Translations under genes and position numbers: made by a program
Source: Phoronis australis
Lineage: Eukaryota > Animalia > Phoronida
DNA: 64,000 nucleotides
Assembly: GCA_002633005.1 (NCBI GenBank)
Contig: NMRA01000077.1
Coordinates: forward strand, 806,001-870,000
Reading direction: 5' to 3'
The notes under the pieces: model-generated
Told to the model about the DNA's origin: nothing
What the model saw: only the letters and a program-made list of their open reading frames with translations
The model's database searches: none
Part shown: positions 45,441 through 57,400 of the stretch, one piece after another
How the letters are laid out: the number at the start of each line of letters is the position of its first letter
Position numbering within the stretch: position 1 is the first letter of the stretch

Positions 45441-48400
45441 GTTTGTTAGCTTTTGATATTCATCTGATACTACAGTTACCTCAAATTGTCCGATGAACAA
45501 ACCTCGTTAATTGTTGCTGTTGCTGAGGACATAGGACGCTATTGTTGCTACCGTAATATCTGTAGCCAGAACTGGCAGGAGGCGCGCTTGTTCTGGGAAA
45601 GTGGAAAGAGTGTTCACTATAACTTCCTGGTGTGACAGTCCAATAAAGCCTCTCCAAGCTGCTCCCCAAGGCACCATTTGCTTCTTTAGCCTAGCCTAAC
45701 AGTTTGCTCTAGGGTCGCGCTAGACTTTTAAAAGTAGACACCGGTGCCCTAAAGTCGTGAATATAAGCATAACCATAAAAAGCAGCTGATTGCCATACTA
45801 CCCAATGTCCGTTAGCAACTGCTCATGTGATGTCATGGACATATATCAGCCTTCACAAATATACGTGTTTTGCCAATCTTAACCCTTGTTTGTCTCCGTA
45901 AGCAGAGTTTTGAAACGATCGCTGATATCGCCGGCCATTTTGAACGAGGCTGTCAAGTCGTGACCGTTTTGTTTAGATGGAAATGCAGGAAGTAAGACCA
46001 CACAAATGAACTACAGTGCTTTCAGTTATTCTAGATGATATAAAAACGCATTGCATTGTATACTGGGGAACCCAATGTTCGTCCGCCTAAGCATAAAACC
46101 GACTTGCTGTTGTACTCACCGAATTATTCCACTTCAAAGTTATGATCTGAATAGGATTCGATTTAACTCTCACAGATATACCGCATTCATCGATTCGGAA
46201 GTTTTCTTTAATTTGTGCCGAGTTATTTCAAATGTGCACTGCCTTCGGCAGCCATTTTATTGTGACACCTAAGTTCGTCATATGCTGCCCCCTTTTGTAA
46301 AAACTGAGAAACATGCAGAAAAAGGCCAACGAAGTAATGAAAATTGCAACAGCCTGTTTTTATTGACATAAACTCGATTTGAAGCTTTGATGTTGAGCTC
46401 TGCACTGTGGTTTCCAATAAAAGCCAATTGGACAACATTTCAATGCAGTTTAATGGTGAACGTGAGGCAAAAATGTTAAGAACCCAGCGTATCGCATTTG
46501 TCTGCGGATTTTTCCTTTGGCCTTCTAGATCCTACTAGTGCCTGGGACAAACAGATACATTGCATAAACAAACCCTGGATCATGTTTTGTGTCCCGTCGG
46601 AAGAAAATTTAAATTCGAAAACATCTTCTGAAAACGCACAAAAAAGTGTATTAGTAAAATCTACTGATTTTTAAGTGGTTTTAAAAAACAATCGGTAAAC
46701 TCACCGATTTTTGTCTCATTACTTTGATACGTGTCTCTTCCGATAAGTTAGTACCTAACGTGCACACGAGCACTCCAAATTGGAACGCTAAGTCCCGCGT
46801 GGTTGCGCTGCACGCGAAACAAGATGGCGGACGAACTTTGGAGCCTGACGAAAATAGGTAACCGGACTATATATTAATTCAGTTGAAATTGAAATAAATT
46901 GTTATGTGTTTTGCACCCAACTTCGATGTGTACAGCTCGTTTTCAATGAGGTTGTTTACTATCCACCGGTGACCTAAAGTCGTGAATATAAGCATAATAA
47001 GCAGCTGATTGTCATACTACCCAATGTCCGTTTGCAACTACTTATGTGATGTCATGGACATATATCAGCCTTCACAAATATACGTGTTTTGACAATCTTA
47101 ATCCTTGTTTGTATCCGTAAGCAGAGTTTTAAAGCAGTCGCTGATATCGCCGGCCATTTTGAATGAGGACCTAAAGTCGTGAACGTTTCATTTAAACGGA
47201 AATGCACGACGCAAGGCCACACAAGTCAACTGCAGTGCTTACAGTTACTCTAGATGACATAAAAATGCATTGCATTGCATTGTTTGTTAATTCAGTTTCA
47301 ATTGAAATAAATTGTTATGTGTTTTGCACCCAACTTTAATGTGCACAGACGTTTTCAATGAGGTTGTTCACGTAAAACGCTAAGAACCCAGCATCAATTA
47401 TCGCTCTGTATTTTATTGTTTTGGCCTTACAAAACCCTGGGACATCTTGATACATTGTTCAAGCTACCCCTGGAGCGCGTGTTTGAGTAAATCTGAACGA
47501 TAAATATTTTCGAAAATGTATCCCAAAAATGCACAAAAAAGTGAATTAGTGAAATATGCTGTTTTTAAGATACATTTGAAAAAAGAAGCCACTCACTCAC
47601 TGTTTGTTATCATGTTGTGAATACAAACACGTCCGGGTATTCGTTTGACGTTCGTAAGCAGACAAACACTGGAAACTTCAACGCCAGATGTTGCAGGACC
47701 GCGCAGAAGAGGAAATAAGATCGTTCACGACTTTAGGGCACTCACGACTTTAGGACCTCTGACGGTAGTACGTAAATGCTAAGAACCCAGCATCAATTAT
47801 CGCTCTGTATTTTATTGCTTTGGCCTTACAAAACTTGATCGACCCTGGGACATTTTGATGCATTGTTCAAGCCACCCCTGGAGCACCTGTTACAGCAAAT
47901 CTGAACGATGGTTAGTTTTGAAAATATGTTCTGAAAATGCACAAAAAAGTGGATTAGTGAAATATGCTGTTTTTAAGATACATTTGTAAAAAGAGGCCAC
48001 CCACTCAATGTTTATTTTCATATTGTGTATATCAACATGTCCGGGTATTCGCTTGACGTTCGTAAGCAGATGAATGCTGCAAGCTTCAACTAGATGTTGT
48101 GGGACAGCGCAGAAGAGGAAATAAGATCGTTCACGACTTTAGGACCTCCGACGGTATATTAGCCAAAATGGCTAAGCCTTAAGTATCTGAAAACTTTTAT
48201 CAATTTTCTAAAATTACTAGCCAATACTTTCTCTTTACCCTTGGCAATTATATTGCCCTGAATACCACAGGCATAAAGGCGATAGTTAATTAACATCCCC
48301 ATAAAAGTTACTCATTTCAAAATACAGCAAATAAAATCAAATGATACAATAGCGGATTTGCAGCGACGCCATATTGAAATTAGGTTAAAATGGTGCATTG

Positions 48401-51400
48401 TGGGTGCTGTGGTCAGGATTCCGAAAGCGGCCATAGTAACGAGCATAATACGCGGTATGAGCGCGAAGAAAACTTACGGCTGATACACTTGGGTTCCTGG
48501 CTGCTTCAAAAACAACAACAAAAATCTGAATTGTTATGTGTTCCCTGCAAACCAAGAACTTCGTGAAAAATGGATAAACAACATTAGGAGAGCTGGGAGT
48601 AAGGGGAGATTTAGCGCATTCAAACCAACGCAGGGCTATCTAGTAGGCAACACGTAGCCCCTCGGTTGGCCATATAGGGGCTACAATACTCCCATTCGCT
48701 TTCTGTACTCATTTCGTTACTTCAGTGTATTTTAAACGGGCCGTGACCGGATTTGGGTTACCGATTTCGAGTTTTCACCATGTCAAAAATACATTCTACA
48801 CTTAAAACTATCGTTTAAAAAAACGCTTACTTTCATCATTGGTCCTTTCTACTTCTATACATATCTTTGATGAAGCGTAGTTGTGAGAATTAAGTTGACT
48901 TTGGCGAAGAATTAGAACTCCACTTTTTTGGTTGCCGTTAATTTTATCACTGCGTGAGCCGCGATAACTACAAAGCATGTCAACTGAATCGGGTGAGTTC
49001 AGCAAAGGTTAGCGCGAGACTGAGCGAAGCGCGTGACGCTAGCGCGTGACGCCAGCGCGTGACGCCAGCGCGTGACGCCAGCGCGTGACGTCGCCAGCGC
49101 GTGACGCTAGCACGCGACACTTGTAAAATAGCATGAGAAGGTATCGGGTGAAACTTGTAAGATGTGTGTCCCTTGGATTTTTTATTCGTCAACATGTGTA
49201 ATTTCATTAACTTCCTCAAAATGGCACCCGGTAACTGAGAGAAACTCGAGCAAACCGCGACAGATTTTCATCGCTTTGTTCAAGTTTTGCTGACTAAATT
49301 GTATCCAGAGTCGTGGTATGTGTTAATTATAACTCCGTGTTCCTACATGTATGGTTCATTTGATTTTATTTGTTGTATTTTGAAATGAGTAACTTTTTGT
49401 GAGGATGTACTATCGCCCCTGAATGCCTGCAGCATCCAGTGCGATGTAATTGCCTAGGGGCCATCGTGTGTGCAGCGAACATTTTCCTGGTGAAAAAAAG
49501 ACGTATGAGAACAACATTCCGACGGAGTTTCCTCTTAAAATTAACGTCTCTAGCATATCCACGGCGAAAGCTACAAAAGTTAAGCAACCCAAGAACTCTC
49601 AACTTGTCTGAAACCGTTCGAAATCAACGCCGATAGCCCCAATACTAAACATCATGACGACAGTTGTGCCCTCGGTCACACGGTCACTGATCATAGCTAC
49701 GCTGTGTTTACAAACGAGAGAGAGGACTTGCTTGGTATTATAAAGCAAAAAAATGAAACATGGTTTTTAGTTTGCAAATCACTCCAAATGCACACACTAT
49801 CCAGCCTGCTCAAGACATGCCTGACCACAAGCTATCCCATGAGCCTTCGCGCAGGAAGTAACTCGCACATGCGCAATGCGTAGTTCGTTTGCGCTGCAAA
49901 TCCGCTATTGCATATGTGCAATGTGCAGAGTTATAATTAACACATAGGCCTATCATGACTTTGGATACAATTTAGTCAACATACATATCCATGAAAATCT
50001 GTCACAGTTAGCTCGAGTTCCTCTGACTGGGCTGCCATTTTGAGGAAGGTGCGTGAAATCATGCTTGTTGACGACAGCTGTAATGGGACATAGGTGCAGC
50101 CAACTACCTTTTTGCTTTTCAATATAGCACCTACCCACCGTAAGTTATGGTATAGTGGGTCATAAGCGCACATAGTTGCAGCCAACCAACTTTTTACATT
50201 TTATCGTGGCAACCACCTTTTTTAATTTAATGTAGCGTCTACGCACCATAAGTGACGGTATATAGTGGAGCATAGTCTCTACACTATAGCTTACGGCATT
50301 GTTGTTGAACATCACGATCACCAGGCATACACTCTCCGAGTAATGGAATTTTTATGAATATTTCAAGATAAAGAAACAGTTATGGTGTCACACCATAAGT
50401 GGATGAAGAGGGTCACGAAGGGCCCTGAGGACACACCCCACGGGCGACTGAAGTTGCCGCCAGCATATTGTTTCTAGGCGTTACGCTCCTATATTTTCCT
50501 TTATAATTGTGCATGGTTCCCCTTCAGAGACTGCTTGCATGGAAGGCACTCGGACCTTTGCCTTCAAAAATGTGTGGTTGAACCCTCTTTCTCCGACATC
50601 AGCCATTCTATGTAAATACCCACTTGTGAGTCAAAAAATAGGCCAACATGTTAGTGACTCAGGTTTTTGCGAGTTCAATGCACCTTTAACATTCAGGGCT
50701 CACAGTGATACGATGGGGTTTGGGCGCCTATTTACCTTTAATTTTACCGCTACAGCACTGGTTGACGAACCCAAATCTTACAAATTTCACCTGATATCGT
50801 CCAATGCTATTGTGCAAGTGTCACGCGCCATGTCACGCACTTCACTCTCTTGATAGCCTTTGCCTAACTCACGTAACTCAATTGAAATACTTTGTGATTA
50901 TCAAGCGCACGGTGAAAAAGTTAACGGTGACCAAAAAAGTGGAGTTGTAATTCTTCTCCGAAGTCACCTTAATTCTCGTAGCTATGCTTCATCGAAGATT
51001 ATGTGTAGAGGCAGAAAGGATCACTGAAGAAAGTAAGCACTTTTTTAAGTGATAGTTTTAAGAGCAGAATGTACTTTTGACGAGGTGAAATCTCGTAATC
51101 AGTGAGTGGATTTCGCCTTCCCTCGGTTTAAAATACACAGGACGAAATTAGTACAAAAAGCAATGGGAAGCATTGTAGCCCCTAACCAACGAACCGAGGG
51201 GCTACGCGTTGCCTATCTTTCCCCAATCCCCACAGTTGATAAAAAAACAGTTTCATGTACCAAATTTTTTATTTTTCATGCATAGGCTCTTTTTATAAAT
51301 GTAGTGTAAGAGGTTTGCTTTAAGACAAAAAAACAAATTTGGCCATTTATGCAAAAATATCAAATTGGATATTCATATTCGTGCAAATGATACATTGGGC

Positions 51401-54400
51401 ATCCTTGCCAGGCCTCCAAATTACTGCTAAGGAGTCCCAGTTACTGCTAGGGCGTCCAAGTTACTGCTAGTGCTTCCAAGTTACTGCTAGGGCGTCCCAG
51501 TTACTGCTAGGGCGTCCAACTTACTGCTAGGACATCCAAGTTACAGCCGGGGCGTCCAAGTTACTGCTGGGGCGTCCAAGTTACTGCCGGGGCGTCCAAG
51601 TTACTGCAGGGGCGTCCAAGTTACTGCCGGGGCGTCCAAGTTACTGCCGGGGCGTCCAAGTTACTGCTAGGACGTCCAAATGGATGCCCAGGACGTACGC
51701 TGCATGAAAGCCTGGTTCCCTGATCGGGGTTTTCAAATGGCGAACAGTTTCGCCTATATAAGTGGAGCCACATCCCGCACAGATAAATTTAAATTTCACT
51801 CACAATTTCATTTTTTTCATCTGCTTAAATTAATCAACCAATTTTTACAGCTCAATATGCTGTAGTTTTGCTTGCAGGTTTTCTTGGTCCAGTCTCATTA
51901 CCGGCTGGACTGAGTGTGCTGCGACCTCATCAAACTTGCGGAATCGGAATATTTCGTAAGTTCTTTCACTTTTTCTTCAAAGACCGTTTCTTCTGTTCAC
52001 ATTTTCTATGCCTGTTTTCATGCTGTTCACTGTTCAAAATCCATTATGTTGTCTTGTACCGTTAAGTTAAGCTTTTTACTGTCAAGAAATCTGTTATGCT
52101 GTCACATAACACTCCCCATTGTGATGTGAGTCCTTTTTGGTACCCATCGGTAGCCAGCCCAAGTAAAATGGAGACAGAAGTTTTTGGTTTTGAGTCGCAA
52201 ATATTGTCTGATTGCCTTCAGTGAGAACCTTGATGTTCTTAATGAGGAGTAAGAACTAAAACAGGAAAGTTTGCCTTAAATTTAAACACGATAGACCGTT
52301 GCGAGTAGGCTGTCAGATATAGTGTTCGCAGGGCAACGCTCGTCCAGTCAAGACAAGTGGATGGTAAAAGAAAATTTAACCGTTTCTGAATAGTGAAAAG
52401 CACAACAAACTAGAACGGACATCGGAAAGATGAACATAAAAAGCATTGCTTGTAGAAAACGTTAAAAACTTATGAAATTTGTTGAGTTTCGGGATGCTCT
52501 GATGACGTCATTGCTCACTTGGCCTGGGGCACTGGGAAACAGGACTGAGTAAACCTGCAAGCAAAACTACTATATTTTTGAGTGATGCTTTAAAGACTCG
52601 TCAAAGGGGTGCTTGATTTGTTGGAGCTGCTGAGTACATTTCAACTTTTCATTTAGCATCAACCTTATGGTCTGGTCTCATCGGTACCGGTAGCGATTCA
52701 AAGTAAAATGAAGAGAGAAACTTTTGGGTTTGGGCCGCAAATAGTGCCACGTCTGACTGCCTTCGGTAGGATCCTTAAGGTTGTAATAACCAAAACTGAC
52801 GAAAGTATCCCTTAATTTTTAAAACTTTGATAGACCGTTGAGAGTAGGCTGTCAGACATAGTATCCGTGGCGTAATGCTCGTCCAGTTGAGGCAAGTGGA
52901 CAGTATAAGAAAATTTAACCATTTTTGAATAGTGAAAAGTACGACAAATGAGAGCAGACATCGAAAAGATGAACAGAAAAGAGCTGTGTTTGTAGGAAAC
53001 TTCAAAAAATTATGAGATTTGTCGAGTTCCGATAGGCTCTGATCAGTCTGATGACGTTACGGCTAGTTCACTCTGGCCAAGGCAGTGGGAGACCAGAAGG
53101 AGTAAACATGCAAGCAAAACTACTGAGTGATACTAGAGACACGTTAAAGGGGTGCTTGATTACCGATAGTTTTTGCTGCTGAATACATTTTAATTGGAAT
53201 TAAGGTCACTATCTATCTTTGTTACCAAAGATTTGATTTTTTAAAAACGAACTTTTGAACTATTAATTGTAGACTGATAAAAGTATATATTTTTTAAATC
53301 ATTGCATGTCACAGAATCTTACTGAGTGCAAAGCACAATGTTCAGAGTACATTCGTGATCACGTGTCTGCATTTTTCTAAAAAAGTTGCATTTTTACAGG
53401 GATGGCCCTATTTTCCATAAACTTAATTTTTTTTTGCTCGAAACTTGCTAATTTTGTTTCTTTGTTCTATTAGGTACATAACATTGTCTGGGATTTTATT
53501 TAAGGTCTCTTAGCTTGACAAATCCACTGTCAAAAATCAAGACGTCAACATTTTTGAAAAAAACGGTAGTCTTGATTTTTGATATTGGATTTCTCGGGCT
53601 CAAAGGCCGTAAAAGAAAATCCCAGACACCGTTTTGTAACTAATCAAACAAAAACAGAATTTGCAGGTTCTGAGCGAAAAAAAATTGTGGAAAGTCCAGC
53701 AATATCCATGAAAAATTGTGATTTTTTAATAAAAATACAGCCCTCAGAACATTGTTTCATGCATTAAATAAGATTCTCTGATTCCCAAGGATTTTAAAAA
53801 TATATATTATATGGGTTTACTATTATTGTTGAAAAATTAGTTTGAAAAAATGTTCAATAAAGGTAGACAGTGACCTTAATTATTTTTCATGGAATACGTC
53901 TGTCTGGCCCATCACATATCTGTAGCCAGCCCAAGTAAAATCCAAAGAGAAACTTAATAATGGTTTTGAGCCTCAAATAATGTTTGACTGCCTTTGGTGG
54001 GAACCTTAAGGTTGAAAAATTGAGTGTAATCTGTAGTTATAAAAATAGGGCTTTAATTTTTTGCCAGTGGTCTTGGTACTGTAATGTAAGCAATTTTTTT
54101 TATTCTCACAATACAGAAAAGCGTCCATTTCATATCAGTTAATACCAACCCAGAGCCTCATTCAAAATTTCCCTTTCTATAGTGTAGTGTTCTGTGTGAT
54201 TCTGACCTTCCACCTAAAATAGATACATTTATAGTAGTGTTCTGTGTGATTCTGACCTTCCACCTAAAATAGATACATCTATAGTAGGTCTGATGCATTA
54301 TTGCAGAAGGGTTTTTCAGTTACTACACCACTAGAAGCTTGGAATTTACTAAAAAAATTTTAAATATTGGTCAGTTACTTGTAAAACAAATCAATATTCA

Positions 54401-57400
54401 GATCCAATTGATTTCAACATAACTAAAATCTTTGGGTTTGATTTGTTAACTGTGTCCTTGCCTTTTAGAAGATGTGTCTGAACAGAGCAAACTCCTCACT
54501 TTTATGACCAGGGGATGTTTGTTTGAAAACTTGTTACAGTTGGTATCAATTCCTGTGGCACATACTGAGTGATCACCTTTCACTTCAAACGAGCTAGTCT
54601 ATAGGCTCCTGAGTCAAGAAATATTGAATGTAGAAGTGCTTCTATTAGTCACGATGAATTTGAAAGGAACTTCAGCTGTTAAACCTGACTACTATAGATA
54701 CCCAATTGAAGAGATCTGAAAATAGTGCAGGTCGTGGCTAAACAAATTAAAAAATGGTGGAAAAGAGAGGTGATAATTTAAAGATGGTGAAAAAGAGAGG
54801 TGATAATTTAAAGATAGTGCAGTCATGGTCTGACATAAAAAGAGTGTGCATAAGCCCATGCAGCACCGTGCAGTTAACGTAGTTGGGCACCAGTGTTGAA
54901 AAGCCATCGACACCGATACTTGAACCATGAACTCTGCTAAAGTTCACTGTCCAAGACCATGAAATTCCACAATGCCCGCGTAGTCCTGCTGCTCATCTTG
55001 TCATGAAACTTAGTAGAGCTAACAACTGCATTAGGTGCATTAAGATCTGAGAGTCAATGGCCAATCACTTTGCCTGTTACATTTAGTGAAAATTAATCCT
55101 ATCAATGTCATTTTCATTAATTCTCTAGCTTTTTTTGTAACAAAGAAACATCTGTCGTTGACTTGAATATGCTCATGATATTTGTACGCGATATTTGGAT
55201 TCATTTTTTGCAGCATCCAGAGCCTTCGCTCACCTGAAGGGAATGGTACCTGTGCCTTTTGAGAAAAGAATTTTTAGTTGAGGGGAGAATACGGCTGTCC
55301 TGGATTACACTACTATAGAACTCTCCTTGTCCCAGAGATAAGAAAGTGTGTGACCTAGTTTTGGAAATCAGCGCATTTTCGCGTCTGTTATTCATGTCTG
55401 GAAGATGAAGAATTTCAGATCACGTATCCACAGGTATTTGTCCAGTTTATTGAACTTTTTCATGTCGGAGTTGCAGCCTGCAGCACAGCCATAATACTTC
55501 ATTGGCAGTGGAAGGACGAATAAAGTAATGCAACCGAGAAAAACTTGTAAAGAACCAGACAACAACAAAAACGTGAAACTCAAGTGACAAGAAAACAGGG
55601 CTGCAAATGTGCCTGATGGAAGTTTACGGCATTGTGGGTAAATTCAGCGAGATTTGAGTGTCGCTATGTGATCCGAGACAGCCCTGTTCTTCTCTCCCTG
55701 GTCGCTACCAATTCCAACCCTCATCTGCAATGCCTCAACTAGCCAAAACCTAACATTTTGCATGAGTTATTCTTGCCGTGACCAAAAATTTTTAATCATT
55801 GGAAGAGGACTTTGAGGCCTGATAACAGGAATATCGATTGAATTCTAAATATTTTTCATAGTGTAATTGGGACTTTGGAGGCCCAGTGGCCAGTTGCATG
55901 AATTGGTTTCAAATACGAACTCAACTAAGGTACCTTAGTTTTTTTGCGTATTTGTATTTTTATGGAGTTCTTTGATGGAACAGATAAAGTTTGAGTCTAA
56001 TACTGGAATAAAAACTTAAAAAAATTAGCGATGTTGCATCCGCATCTCACGGACTTCAGCTTAGCTTGTGACGTTATCATTATTCTAGACAATTGGTGGC
56101 ATTTCGATCAGACGACACGGCATTGATGTCAGAACACCATCCCATACGTGTGACAAATCGAATCTTAAACCGCCTCTTTTATGTAAAGAGGCACTCTCAA
56201 TGCGCTCATGGAGAGCTTCCTTTACACCCCTTCTGAACCAGGCTTCCTCACAGTCTAGGATAGTGACATCATCAGTATTGAAATAATGTCCAGTGGCGCA
56301 CAGGTGGCTAAAATTAGCCGATTCATAAGTCTCCCCTGTAACTAGAGCGACAATGTTGTGACATACGCATTTTTATGCGCTCACATATTTATATGTGGAT
56401 GCATTATGCCATTATCTCTGTCCGTCTGTCCGTCCGGTGTCTGTCCATCCGGCGTCCACTACTCTATCTCCAAAACGCCTGGACGTATGTTCATTAAATT
56501 TTGCACATGTGTTTCTTCCGTGGATGGGACGGCGTGAGTGAACTTTCGGATGGATCCGACTACCGTTGTGCCCCCTAGTGGCAATTTTAGTTTTTTACGT
56601 TACCTCTGTATCTTCAAAAGTCTTGAATGGATTGTCATTAAATTTGATATATAGGCACCTATTTGTGAGATGACGCTATCCTCCCGTTTTCAGATGGATT
56701 TTACATAGTTTGCGCCACCTAGTGGCCATTTTTACTGTTTTCGAGTCTTTTTTTGCGTCCACCCCTCTATCAACCAAACCGCTCAAAGGATGATTGTCAA
56801 AATTGGTGTATATGTTCTTACTATGATGTGGACGGCTGATGATGTTTTTCCAACGAGTTCGTCTGCTGTGGCACCTCCTAGCGGCAGTTTTCTTTTTTTT
56901 GTGCCTATGGCTGTATCCCCTAAACCATTTGCAGGATCTTTACAAAATTTAGTAAGTGTATTTATATGAGGTTAACAGCGGAGGACGACGACTTTCAGAC
57001 GAATCTGGCTACTGGTGTGTCACCTAGTGGCAATTTTATTTTTTTTTACATTTACCTTTGTATGTTCAAAGGTCCTCGAGGTATTTTCTTAAAATGTGGC
57101 ATACAGGCATCTGTTAACGAGATGATGCTAGATCTCTCCGTTTTCAGGTGGATTAATATCACATGTTGAGTGGATGGATACGTGGTTTCTCAATTTAACC
57201 TCTCAGGTTTTTTGCTGCAATAACCCATGATTTATTACATCCATTAAATTTTCAATGGTTGCGGAAAAACCATAAACTTAGCTAAAGCATTAATAACAAA
57301 CCCATTTAATATGCTGTCAGCCTACTTCTATTTTGATAGTAAGTGAGGCATTCAATATTATACAAGTTTTCAGCATGACTTTGTTACACTGTACGAGATA

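Noticed and set aside
46824-46862. AAGATGGCGG start with ATG...ATAG|gtaacc, resembling a first exon
   Set aside because: Lies in an internal module of the MITE, and its phase 1 does not fit the CCDC89 exon
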